A stretch of DNA of 64,000 nucleotides from positions 36,430 through 100,429 of the forward strand of contig CAVIBR010000005.1 in the NCBI GenBank assembly GCA_963641445.1, written 5' to 3'. Below are positions 19,648 through 29,827 of this stretch, piece after piece (positions within the stretch are counted from its first letter, which is position 1; the number at the start of each line of letters is the position of its first letter). Both the position numbers and the translations under genes were made by a program. The notes under the pieces are model-generated. The model ran no database searches, had not been told where the DNA came from, and saw nothing but the letters and a program-made list of their open reading frames with translations. The DNA comes from Bacteroides uniformis (GTDB taxonomy: Bacteria; Bacillota_I; Bacilli_A; RFN20; CAG-826).

Positions 19648-19869
19648 ATTCATCAAATCAATTAGGTATATCAGTATTTTTGTGTTGATTTATTAAAATG
19701 ATAAAACATTCGATGAAAACTAAACAAATAATTTATTTTTAATTCCGGTAATACGTTATTTTTGAAAATGTAAGCGTTATCAATAAAATTTTACTTATTA
19801 ATTCCTTTATAATGTTTGCCGGTAAGAAAATACCGATTAAATTCATAGCTATTATTGAAAGGAAAAATT

Positions 19870-22494
19870 ATGGCAGAAAAGAAAGAACTTACACCAAAAG
19901 AAAAAGCCGAAGCCGAAGTTGACGCTCTTGTCAAAAAAGGCTTAAAAGCTCTCGATGAATTCGCTGATTACGATCAAGAAAAGATTGATTACATTGTTGC
20001 TAAGATGTCAGTCGCTGGTTTAGATAACCACGGAATCCTAGCAAGAAAAGCCATTGATGAAACTCATCGTGGATGTTTTGAAGATAAGGCAACAAAGAAC
20101 CTTTTTGCTTGCGAATATGTCGTTAATCATATGCGTCATGCAAAAACAGTTGGTATCATCAGCCAAGATCCAGTAACTGGTATTACTGAAATTGCTGAAC
20201 CAGTTGGCGTTGTCGCAGGTATCACCCCGGTTACAAACCCAACATCAACCGTTATCTTTAAATCTCTTATTTCTATTAAGACACGTAACCCTATTATTTT
20301 CGCATTCCATCCAAATGCTCAAGAATGTTCTAAAGCGGCCGCAATAGTTATGCGTGATGCCGCAGTTGCAGCTGGAGCCCCAGCAAACTGCATTCAATGG
20401 ATCGAACATCCATCAATGGATGCAACAACCGCCCTTATGCAACACCCAGGAATTGCCACAATCTTAGCAACTGGCGGAAATTCCATGGTCAAAGCAGCTT
20501 ATTCTTGCGGTAAACCAGCTCTTGGCGTTGGCGCAGGTAACGTTCCTTGCTATATTTGTAAAGATGCTGACCAAGATCAAACCGTTAATGACGTTGTCCT
20601 TTCAAAAGCTTTTGATAACGGCATGATCTGCGCTTCTGAATCCGCTATCTTTGTTGATGAAGAAATCTATGATTCAGTCAAAGAAAAGCTTCAACATTTC
20701 CACGTTTATTTCGCAAACGAAGAAGAAAAAGAAAAACTTGAAAAATTCATGTTTGGCTTTACTTCCAAAGATCCAAATGTCGCTAACGCAAAATTAAATG
20801 GCGCTGTTGCTGGTATGAGCCCACAATGGATTGCTGAACAAGCTGGATTCAAAGTTCCTGCCGAAGCTTCCATTATCGCAGTTGAATGCAAAGAAGTTGG
20901 TCCAAAAGAGCCAATGTCTAGAGAAAAACTTTCACCAGTACTTGCAGTATACAAAGTCAAAGATTCCACCGAAGGATTCGAAAAATGCGAGCAAATGCTT
21001 GAATTCGGTGGATTAGGACACTCTGCTGCAATCCATTGCAAAACCCAAGAAATGGCCGATAAATTCGGTGATAAGGTCAAAGCAATCCGTATCATCTGGA
21101 ATTCTCCTTCCACATTCGGTGGAATTGGTAACGTCTATAACTCATTCACCCCATCCCTTACCTTAGGATGCGGTAGCTATGGACACAACTCCGTTTCTGG
21201 CAACGTCAGCGCGGTTAACCTCTTAAATATCAAGAAAGTAGGCAAAAGGAGAAATACTATGCAATGGTTCAAAGTCCCACAAAAGATTTATTTTGAACGC
21301 AACTCAATTCAATATTTACGCTCAGCCAAAGACGTTAACAAAGTCTTTATCGTTACAGACCATTCCATGGTTCAACTTGGCTTCCTTAATAAGATCATCG
21401 ACGAATTAGAGCAAAGAAGAAATCCTGTCACATATCAAATCTTTGCCGAAGTCGAACCAGATCCAGATGTAACAACAGTTAAACGTGGTGTTGATTTAAT
21501 GAGAGAATTCCAACCAGACACGATTATCGCTCTTGGTGGAGGATCTCCAATGGACGCCGCAAAAGGTATGTGGATCTTCTATGAACACCCAGAAGTCAAC
21601 TTCGATGACCTCAAACAAAAATTCATGGATATCCGTAAACGTGCCTTCAAATATCCAGAACTTGGAAGAAAGAGCAAACTCATTGCCATTCCAACCACCT
21701 CTGGTACAGGATCTGAAGTCTCCCCATTTGCCGTTATCTCGGATAAAGCGAACCAAAAGAAATATCCTTTAACCGATTATTCCTTAACCCCATCAATTGC
21801 TATCGTTGATCCAGAATTCACAACCAATCTCCCAGCAAGATCAACCGCTGAAACTGGTATGGACGTTCTCACTCACGCTATTGAGGCGTACACCTCCGTT
21901 ATGGCTTCAGATTTCACTGATGGCCTTTGCTTAGAAGCAATCAAACTCGTCTTTGAATACCTCCCAAGAGCCGTAAAAGATGGAAAACACGATCTTGAAT
22001 CACGTGAAAAGATGCATAACGCCGCAACAATTGCCGGTATGGCATTCGCAAATAGCTTCTTAGGATTGGTTCACTCCCTTGCCCACAAAGTCGGTGGAGA
22101 ATTCCATACAGTCCACGGAAGAACCTGTGCTATCCTTCTCCCACACGTTGTTAGATACAACGGCACAGCCCCAGCTAAGCTCTCCGTTTGGCCAAAATAT
22201 GAAGAATATTGCTGCGATAAGAAATATCAAAATATTCTCCGTATGTTAGGTGTCGAATGTGCGGATAAATCACAAGCTGGTGAAATCCTTGCCAGCAAGA
22301 TTCTCGACCTTATGAGAGAAATTGGCATCGATCCAAACTTCCAATCCATTATTCCAGATGAAGAACACTATCTTAGCAAACTTGAAGATGTCGCATATCT
22401 TGCTTATGAAGATCAATGTACACCTGCAAACCCACGTCTTCCATTAGTTCCTGATATGGTTCAAATCCTTAAGAACGCATATAAAGGCAACTAA
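19870..22494 (+). CDS. adhE: bifunctional acetaldehyde-CoA/alcohol dehydrogenase AdhE
   Basis: About 875 aa. The N-terminal half is an aldehyde dehydrogenase domain and the C-terminal half an Fe-ADH domain (GGGSPMDAAK and the His-rich metal site HSLAHKVGG). Confidence 0.9.
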   Translation: MAEKKELTPKEKAEAEVDALVKKGLKALDEFADYDQEKIDYIVAKMSVAGLDNHGILARKAIDETHRGCFEDKATKNLFACEYVVNHMRHAKTVGIISQDPVTGITEIAEPVGVVAGITPVTNPTSTVIFKSLISIKTRNPIIFAFHPNAQECSKAAAIVMRDAAVAAGAPANCIQWIEHPSMDATTALMQHPGIATILATGGNSMVKAAYSCGKPALGVGAGNVPCYICKDADQDQTVNDVVLSKAFDNGMICASESAIFVDEEIYDSVKEKLQHFHVYFANEEEKEKLEKFMFGFTSKDPNVANAKLNGAVAGMSPQWIAEQAGFKVPAEASIIAVECKEVGPKEPMSREKLSPVLAVYKVKDSTEGFEKCEQMLEFGGLGHSAAIHCKTQEMADKFGDKVKAIRIIWNSPSTFGGIGNVYNSFTPSLTLGCGSYGHNSVSGNVSAVNLLNIKKVGKRRNTMQWFKVPQKIYFERNSIQYLRSAKDVNKVFIVTDHSMVQLGFLNKIIDELEQRRNPVTYQIFAEVEPDPDVTTVKRGVDLMREFQPDTIIALGGGSPMDAAKGMWIFYEHPEVNFDDLKQKFMDIRKRAFKYPELGRKSKLIAIPTTSGTGSEVSPFAVISDKANQKKYPLTDYSLTPSIAIVDPEFTTNLPARSTAETGMDVLTHAIEAYTSVMASDFTDGLCLEAIKLVFEYLPRAVKDGKHDLESREKMHNAATIAGMAFANSFLGLVHSLAHKVGGEFHTVHGRTCAILLPHVVRYNGTAPAKLSVWPKYEEYCCDKKYQNILRMLGVECADKSQAGEILASKILDLMREIGIDPNFQSIIPDEEHYLSKLEDVAYLAYEDQCTPANPRLPLVPDMVQILKNAYKGN

Positions 22495-22512
22495 TAGCTA
22501 AAACAACGAACT

Positions 22513-22539
22513 AAGGCCAGAAATGGCCTTTTTTCTTTT
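22513..22539 (+). terminator. intrinsic terminator after adhE
   Basis: AAGGCCA-gaaa-TGGCCTT followed by TTTTCTTTT. Confidence 0.6.
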
Positions 22540-23226
22540 GTCTAAAACCGAAATTTATCGGAATAGAAGCCTGAGATAAAACCAACCGGCTAACTATACA
22601 TTTAATAGGGGCAAAGATAGCCTCTAAATAGGCTTATGGATAAGATGAAAGGAAATGGGCGAATAAAATATTGAAACAGGAAAGAAAATCAAAATTGGAC
22701 GCCTTTACGATCCGTTTGATAATAGCCGTATGGTTCTTAGCTTTACACCGGTGGCAAATCCTCAATGTTTTGCATATTGGCATGAACAAACATACAAATT
22801 TGAGGGGTTTTGAAGGTTATTTTTGTAGCATCTCTAACTGATTAGGTCCTATGTTGGAGGTGAAATCGCCCTTTCTTGGAACGATGGATTTAGATAGTAA
22901 CATCAAACCAGGACTGTGAATCCTTTAACCATTTATCTCTACTGCATAACAATTTTGTGTGAAGTTATATTTTTTCAAATAAGGCAGTCAATCAAAAATA
23001 ATGATTTTGATTTAAAAAAATACAAAAAATAGAAAAGGCGTTAACAATACCTAGTATTATATTGACTAAAAATATTAATTTTCTTAAATTTCCAAATTTC
23101 TTCACGAATGAACAATTAATAAATGACTAAAAAGAAAAAATATGTCTAATTAATGTTTTGAAATTATTTTTACACATTTTTTTGAAAAAATATTAAAATG
23201 GGTACAGAAATCTTGGAGGAATAACT

Positions 23227-23841
23227 ATGAGCGTTTTAATTACAATCGGTCGTGAATTCGGAAGTGGTGGTCGTGAACTTGGCCGTCGTATCGCCGATGA
23301 GCTTGGGATAGCGTATTACGACAATGAAATCTTGGAAGAAATTCTTAAGGAAACTGATTATTCAAAGGCCTATCTTCAAGAAGTATCTGAGTCTAGACCC
23401 GCTGCCTTATTCCCTATACATTTTGGCGTTAGCTGGGGACACACCTATGCTCCACTTAACCAAAGCATGGATGTTTACGCAAAGCAAAATGAGATTCTTC
23501 ACAAATTAGCAGATAAATCTTCTTGCGTTATTATTGGACGTGCAGGAGATTACATTCTTAAAGATCATAATCCATTCAAAATCTTCGTCTATGCCGATAT
23601 GCCTTCAAAAGTTAATAGATGTCGCGAAAGAAACGAAGATAAAAACATCACTGATCAAGAAATAATCAAGCATATCAAGAAGATCGAAAGAGAAAGAAGA
23701 TCTTTCTATGAGTTCTACACCAACACCAAATGGGGGGATAAAAACAACTACGATATGATGATTAACACAAGCAATCAAAATATCAAAGAAATCGCCCATT
23801 TGCTTTGTGCGATGATTAAATCAAATAAAAATTTTCAATAA
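23227..23841 (+). CDS. cytidylate kinase-like family protein (P-loop NTPase-like)
   Basis: 204 aa. The N-terminal ITIGREFGSGGRELGRRIA resembles the cytidylate-kinase-like (Cytidylate_kin2) family. Confidence 0.55.
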   Translation: MSVLITIGREFGSGGRELGRRIADELGIAYYDNEILEEILKETDYSKAYLQEVSESRPAALFPIHFGVSWGHTYAPLNQSMDVYAKQNEILHKLADKSSCVIIGRAGDYILKDHNPFKIFVYADMPSKVNRCRERNEDKNITDQEIIKHIKKIERERRSFYEFYTNTKWGDKNNYDMMINTSNQNIKEIAHLLCAMIKSNKNFQ

Positions 23842-23996
23842 TTTCTAGCCTTCATTAGAAGGTTTTTTTCTTGTAAAAGATAAGTAAAATGTAACTTGTT
23901 TGCCAATATATTTACTTATTAGAAACGTTTTTCTGTGACAAAACTTTTACAAAAATATCTTGCAAAGATCTTTTATAAAAATAAGAATTAGTATGT

Positions 23997-24767
23997 ATGT
24001 TAAATGAAAAAGAAATAGATGCCTTAGTTGGCGGATATGAATTAAAAGGAAATCCAGATGAATGTATTTTTATGATTCATGGCTTCACTGGATCCGCTTC
24101 AGAATTCTATCCTTTGGCTACTTTGTTGAATGAAAAAGGATATTCCGTGATTGCCCACGCTTTGCCAGGGCATGGCACATCTTCCTTAAAAGCATTAAAA
24201 GCAGTTGGTCCAAAAGATTGGACGAATTCCGTTAAAAACGGTTATGAGGAAGCAAAAAAGAAATATAAGAAAGTATATGTTTTTGGCTATTCTATGGGTG
24301 GATGCTTAGCTATCACCCTCACAAAAGAACACAATCTTGATTGCTTGATTCTTTGCGAACCAGCCTTAGTTCCGAATTCTTCCTTCTCTTGGCTTGCTAA
24401 ATTCCTTCGTCCTTTCCCAATAAAGATAACCTGGACTGGATCACTTGAATTCCCTGATCATTCAGAGAAATACATGCGTGGCCAATCAGGCTACTACATT
24501 AAATCCGCCGCAGATTTAGTTGTTGTTGCAAGAAAGGCAAAAAGGCTTCTTCCAAAAGTCGTATGTCCAATCATGATGACTTGGGCGAATAAAGACACGT
24601 CAATAAGAAAAGAAGGAGTAGATATGATTGAGAAAATAACTCCTTCAAATATCAAAACATATAAGATTTACGAGAATAACACTCATCATTTGCCAAGCGA
24701 ACCCGAAAAGGAAAAGCTTGCGAAAGACATCGACACGTTCATAAGGAAAACCATACCTCTGAAATAA
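23997..24767 (+). CDS. alpha/beta hydrolase (carboxylesterase/lipase-like)
   Basis: HGFTGS oxyanion region and the GYSMGG nucleophile elbow. Confidence 0.7.
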   Translation: MLNEKEIDALVGGYELKGNPDECIFMIHGFTGSASEFYPLATLLNEKGYSVIAHALPGHGTSSLKALKAVGPKDWTNSVKNGYEEAKKKYKKVYVFGYSMGGCLAITLTKEHNLDCLILCEPALVPNSSFSWLAKFLRPFPIKITWTGSLEFPDHSEKYMRGQSGYYIKSAADLVVVARKAKRLLPKVVCPIMMTWANKDTSIRKEGVDMIEKITPSNIKTYKIYENNTHHLPSEPEKEKLAKDIDTFIRKTIPLK

Positions 24768-24797
24768 GAGATATGGTCCTTTTTTTGAATTTTCAAA

Positions 24798-25982
24798 TTA
24801 AGCGATAATGATGATCAAATAGACAATTGCGTTAATTATTACGACTCCAGCGACACAAGCGCATGCAATCCAGTTTTTCTTCTTGAAACGGAATGTTCCA
24901 TTTGCAATAACTAAGAAGAAATAATAAGCAACTCCCCACATAATCAAATACAAGATGACTTGAACGACTGCCATCCATGCCATTGTTTGGCCATTCACGC
25001 CAACACCCGCCAATATGCCATAAGTACATGAATTAACTAAGCCAAGAAATAAGGCGAAAACGTGAGGAATAACGTATGAAATTGGTGAGGTAGGAACGCC
25101 TTTTCCGGCATGTTCTCCAGAAGGATCTTTCTTCTTGAAAAGCATATACCAAGTCATGAAAGCACCAAAAATAAGATATGCCGAGCTTGAAACGATTCTT
25201 GTTGCGATGCTTCCTGCATCAAGAACATAGTTGATTTTTGCTATCCATAAGCAGAATAATCCGGTAACTCTTCCGACTTCTAGCCAAGAAATAGATGGTG
25301 TATATGCAAGAGCATATAAAGACCAATGGTCGCTCGTAAATTTCGTTCCGGCGAAAATCAAATAGAGGAACACTTCAACGAAGAAAGCCAAGAAAAGTTG
25401 GCCAAATATTTCATATAACGCGGAATCAAGGTATTTCGTTCCAAGGGAAACAAAGAAAGATGAAATGAAATAATTGAATGCAATGCCAATAATAAGAATG
25501 AAATAGTAAGGAATGAAATAGACGTAATTGTAATAGTAATGCTCATTTAGAAGATATTCGATGGTATTATTAGCAATGATTTGTCTAATTCCAATAAAGA
25601 GGATTCCAAACCAATAGATGATTGTTATAGTAGCTAAGAGAATTACTAAGCTAATCAACAAATTCGTTCTTCTTAGCTCGTTCTTTTTGAATGGCAATTG
25701 GTAATAGAAATCTGCATGAATATGTTTTCTTTGATGAGAAAATGCAAAGTAAGGAAGAACGAAAGATAGAATCAAAGAAGGAACGAAGAGCGCGAATAAT
25801 GGAGGCCATGGGGCATTTCCAAGCTTTTCATAAATTCCAGTGTTCGGATTCTTGTAATAAAATGGCCAAAAATCCATCATGGAGATTGTCAGCCAGAAAA
25901 TAGCAACTAAGATAATCGCGGAAATAATGTATAGAGGCAAGAGTTCTTTAATTTGCCACTTAATGTATCTTTTCTTATTCAT
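24798..25982 (-). CDS. ABC-type transporter permease (polytopic membrane protein; the family is uncertain)
   Basis: 394 aa with many TM helices. It overlaps the upstream ABC ATPase gene by 8 nt. It lies in an operon with the GntR gene and the ABC ATPase gene. Confidence 0.5.
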   Translation of the reverse strand: MNKKRYIKWQIKELLPLYIISAIILVAIFWLTISMMDFWPFYYKNPNTGIYEKLGNAPWPPLFALFVPSLILSFVLPYFAFSHQRKHIHADFYYQLPFKKNELRRTNLLISLVILLATITIIYWFGILFIGIRQIIANNTIEYLLNEHYYYNYVYFIPYYFILIIGIAFNYFISSFFVSLGTKYLDSALYEIFGQLFLAFFVEVFLYLIFAGTKFTSDHWSLYALAYTPSISWLEVGRVTGLFCLWIAKINYVLDAGSIATRIVSSSAYLIFGAFMTWYMLFKKKDPSGEHAGKGVPTSPISYVIPHVFALFLGLVNSCTYGILAGVGVNGQTMAWMAVVQVILYLIMWGVAYYFFLVIANGTFRFKKKNWIACACVAGVVIINAIVYLIIIIA

Positions 25983-26877
25983 GTATATCCCCTTTTCTAG
26001 CTAATAACATTTCCATAGCAATGATTTCGCTTGTCTCTAACGGGCATTGTTCGAATAAAGTTGGTGAATATTTATTTTTAAGAATTTCTTCAAGCCCGTC
26101 TTTCTTAAGCAAAACGATTGTTGTAATTGAACCGACTTTGTTAATGGATATTGGCTTAAGCCCAATCTCTTCTAAATCATTTCCATCAACTTTGTCTTTG
26201 CAGATCATCTGATATTTTACGATTTCTGTTCCAATATCAACTTTCTCTTTGTTTTGAGATAATGTTCCTCGATACAAAATAGTGATTGAATCTGCTATTT
26301 TTTGAATGGATGACATATTATGTGATGATAAGACAATGGTCTTATGCTCATCTGCAACAAGCTTGATTATTTCTTTTCCGATTGTATCGATAACTAACGG
26401 ATCGAGACCATCAAACGCTTCATCAAGTAAGATATTTTTGCATTTGACCGAAAAAGCGATAAAGAGGAACAATTGTCTTCTCATTCCTTTAGAAAAAGAA
26501 GAAATTGAACGATTGTTTGGTAAAGAAGAACGCTCAATCAAAGAATTAAATTTCTCCATATCAAGTTGATAGAAGATGTCATAAAGCTTAGCCACTTCCT
26601 TGACTGTATACCTTCCAGGCGCATATGGCTCATCAGGTAGAAGGAAAAGATCCTGCTTTGCTTCTTTGCTTCTATTATCTTTTCCATCAATTAAGATTTC
26701 CCCCGAATCTCTTTCGATGATATCGGCAATAAGACGGAAAAGAGTAGATTTCCCCGCGCCATTCTCTCCGACTAATCCTGTCACCCCTTCGTCAAAGGAA
26801 ATCGTGAGATTGTTCACCGCATGGACATCTCCTTCCTTTTTACCGAAGGTTTTATTCAGATTTCGAATTTCAATCAT
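25975..26877 (-). CDS. ABC transporter ATP-binding protein
   Basis: Walker A GENGAGKST, signature FSKGMRRQ, Walker B LLDEAFDGLD. Confidence 0.8.
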   Translation of the reverse strand: MIEIRNLNKTFGKKEGDVHAVNNLTISFDEGVTGLVGENGAGKSTLFRLIADIIERDSGEILIDGKDNRSKEAKQDLFLLPDEPYAPGRYTVKEVAKLYDIFYQLDMEKFNSLIERSSLPNNRSISSFSKGMRRQLFLFIAFSVKCKNILLDEAFDGLDPLVIDTIGKEIIKLVADEHKTIVLSSHNMSSIQKIADSITILYRGTLSQNKEKVDIGTEIVKYQMICKDKVDGNDLEEIGLKPISINKVGSITTIVLLKKDGLEEILKNKYSPTLFEQCPLETSEIIAMEMLLARKGDIHE

Positions 26878-27226
26878 AATAATATATCTCAACTTTCTTT
26901 GCTTCGTTAATGATTTCTTCTTTTGTGAATCCCTGTGCTATTAAGGATCGTAATTCTTTCCGTAATAAATCATATTTATCCGCGGAAGGTTTCTTACAAA
27001 CGATAAACCCTTTCTTTGGCATGTTAAGCACATAGCCTTCCTCAACTAAGTAAGTAAAGGATTTTTGAACAGTCATAGGATTTACCCCTTCGGATAATGC
27101 GAGCTCTCTGACGCTAGGAAGTTTCTCTCCTTCATGCATCAATCCATTATCTATAAGATTTTTGTAGAAATTTGCTATATCAATATATAGCGGATTTTTT
27201 CCAGTGAAATTTATCATATTTTCCAA
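26870..27226 (-). CDS. GntR-family transcriptional regulator (YtrA-like short form)
   Basis: 118 aa. The wHTH LPSVRELALSEGVNPMTVQKSF comes first in a GntR-ABC ATPase-permease operon. Confidence 0.75.
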   Translation of the reverse strand: MENMINFTGKNPLYIDIANFYKNLIDNGLMHEGEKLPSVRELALSEGVNPMTVQKSFTYLVEEGYVLNMPKKGFIVCKKPSADKYDLLRKELRSLIAQGFTKEEIINEAKKVEIYYYD

Positions 27227-27327
27227 CCTTTCCTATATTGTATCAACTGTATTATCAAATAACAAGATAGCAAAAACGATGTTTTTTATTTTCGATAAGT
27301 TGTAAAATTACTCCGGAGTTGATACTT

Positions 27328-28830
27328 ATGAAGAAAAACGAAAGATTTTTTGGAATTTTGATGCCTATCTTTTCCTTGCCGGAGAAACATGGCATTGGAA
27401 CTTTAGGCAAGGCCGCATATAAATTTGTTGATTTTGCAAAAGAATGTGGAGCAAAGGTTTGGCAAATGTTGCCGCTAAATGTCACTAGTTATGGCGATTC
27501 TCCATATCAATCACCATCTAGCACAGGCTTAAATTACTATTTCATTGATTTAGATACATTAGTTGAAGAAGGTCTTTTAAAAGAAAATGAAATCGATGAT
27601 TCTTTGATGCAATATGATGAGAATCACGTTAATTACGAAAAACTTTTCCATAACAGAATCCCTCTTTTGAAGAAGGCGTTCTCTCGTTTCTCTAAGAAAG
27701 AGGAAGAATTCGTTAAATTTGAAAAAGATGGAGAATATAACGACTTTGCTTTCTATATGGTCCTAAAGGAGAAGAACAATTATCGTCCTTTCTATGAATG
27801 GGATGATGTCGAAAGAAATTATTCTCCTGAATTAGAAACGAAAATCAAAGAAGAATGCAAAGATCTTTATGAATTCTATCTTTGGACCCAATATGAATTC
27901 CTAAAACAATATAAGAAATTAAAGGAATACGCGAATAAGAAAGGTATCTCAATTATGGGAGATATGCCAATTTATGTCGCATATGATTCCGTTGAGGCAT
28001 ATAAATACCCAGAATTATTCTTATTTGACAGCGAACATAAGCCAACAGATGTTGCAGGTGTTCCACCGGATGCTTTCTCAGAAGACGGCCAACTTTGGGG
28101 AAACCCTCTTTATGATTGGGAAGCACAAAAGAAGACCGGATATAAATGGTTTAACCATAGAATTGCGAAAAACCTAGAATTATTCGATATTTTAAGAATT
28201 GATCATTTCAGAGGCTTCAGTGCGTATTACGCCATTCCATATGGCATGAATAATGCAAAAATCGGCAAATGGGTCGATGGTCCTAAATTTGATTTGTTCA
28301 AAGACAAAACTGAATTACCAATCATTGCTGAAAACCTCGGTGTTATCGATGATGGCGTCATAACTCTCCTTGAAGAAACGAAATATCCAGGTATGGAAGT
28401 GGTATTATTTACGATCAACAATGATTATGAACCAGATTCAAATAAGCCTTGGAACGCTCTTGCAAATACTGTTACGTATGTTGGAACACATGATAACGAA
28501 ACGGCTATGGGCGAATTAATCGGAGCAAAAGAAAATATTGATCTATATAAAAAGGTTATTAAGAAATGTTGCGAATATCTAAAGATCACTTATAAAGGCG
28601 AGACTCTTGATGAACTCGTTGACACGATCAATAGAATGGCTCTTGCTTATCCATCATTTGGAACAATTATCTCTATGCAAGACCTCTTGCATTTAGACAA
28701 TTCAGCAAGAATCAACTTCCCATCAACCTTATCAACAAATAACTGGTCTTACCGTTTCCTTGCTAAGGATTTCTCAGATACTTTAGCTAAGGAAGTTCAT
28801 GCCTTAGTAAAAGAGAATAACAGAGAATAA
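27328..28830 (+). CDS. malQ: 4-alpha-glucanotransferase (amylomaltase, GH77)
   Basis: The N-terminal FGILMPIFSLP...GIGTLG, the YGDSPYQS motif and the overall length match MalQ. Confidence 0.85.
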   Translation: MKKNERFFGILMPIFSLPEKHGIGTLGKAAYKFVDFAKECGAKVWQMLPLNVTSYGDSPYQSPSSTGLNYYFIDLDTLVEEGLLKENEIDDSLMQYDENHVNYEKLFHNRIPLLKKAFSRFSKKEEEFVKFEKDGEYNDFAFYMVLKEKNNYRPFYEWDDVERNYSPELETKIKEECKDLYEFYLWTQYEFLKQYKKLKEYANKKGISIMGDMPIYVAYDSVEAYKYPELFLFDSEHKPTDVAGVPPDAFSEDGQLWGNPLYDWEAQKKTGYKWFNHRIAKNLELFDILRIDHFRGFSAYYAIPYGMNNAKIGKWVDGPKFDLFKDKTELPIIAENLGVIDDGVITLLEETKYPGMEVVLFTINNDYEPDSNKPWNALANTVTYVGTHDNETAMGELIGAKENIDLYKKVIKKCCEYLKITYKGETLDELVDTINRMALAYPSFGTIISMQDLLHLDNSARINFPSTLSTNNWSYRFLAKDFSDTLAKEVHALVKENNRE

Positions 28831-29046
28831 ACGCAATCTTCATATCTCAAAAATAGGTATGAAATATCTTCGATAAACGCGAAGATATAACATAATAAAA
28901 TTGAAAATAAAAACTTCAATTTAACAATAATCCAAATTGCATATAATCGACAGGTTGTATGCAATTTTTTCTTCGAGTTAAATTTAAATTCAAAAACGTT
29001 GACAATATGTCACAAGATATTAGAATTTAGGTAAAGGAGGTTAAAA

Positions 29047-29676
29047 ATGAAGACTTGTTACAGTAAAGAGAGAGTTCAAACAATTAAGTCCGACATGATC
29101 AAAGCAGCTGAGAAATTATATAAGGCTCATGGCTATGAATATGTTAATTTGCTCAATATATCGAAATTAACCCATTTATCTAGACCAGCAATATATAACT
29201 ATTATCATTCCAAAGAAGAAATCTTCTTAGATGTCTTACTTAGAGAATATAACGATTTCGGTGCTGCATTAAAGAAGAAACTAACAGTTAAAAAGCTCAC
29301 TAAAGACGAACTTGCAGAGCAAATTGCAGATATTATTCTCAAACACTTGTATTTATTGGAATTTATATCATCATATGAGAATAGCATCGAATCAAATTCA
29401 ACTATTGAACATCTAAAAGAGTATCGCGAAGAATGGGACAATGGATTTTATGCCTCATTCATGGAAGTTCTTACCTTCCAATTCCCTGAAGCAGCGAAGA
29501 GCGAAAAAGAGACATTTATTGATCTATTTATCGCGTCGCTTTATGGAATCTATCCAATCATTTGCCCATCAGAAGAAAGAGTCGCTGCCATGAAAGAACG
29601 TGGCCGTTATCGCGAAGTAGATGCTAGATCATTCATCACAAAGACGATGAAGTTAATTTTAACGAATATCGATTGA
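29047..29676 (+). CDS. TetR/AcrR-family transcriptional regulator
   Basis: N-terminal HTH (ISKLTHLSRPAIYNYYHSKEEIF) and a size of about 200 aa. Confidence 0.75.
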   Translation: MKTCYSKERVQTIKSDMIKAAEKLYKAHGYEYVNLLNISKLTHLSRPAIYNYYHSKEEIFLDVLLREYNDFGAALKKKLTVKKLTKDELAEQIADIILKHLYLLEFISSYENSIESNSTIEHLKEYREEWDNGFYASFMEVLTFQFPEAAKSEKETFIDLFIASLYGIYPIICPSEERVAAMKERGRYREVDARSFITKTMKLILTNID

Positions 29677-29827
29677 CGAAGAAACAAAGAAAAAGTGCCA
29701 TCAAAATTGGTGGCATTTTCTTTTGCTTAAATAACGCAATATAATGACTAGTCTATATAATGTATAGCCTCCATAAGTCTTATATCAAAATATTGAAAAA
29801 TGATAAAAATACCTTTAAAATTTTATC

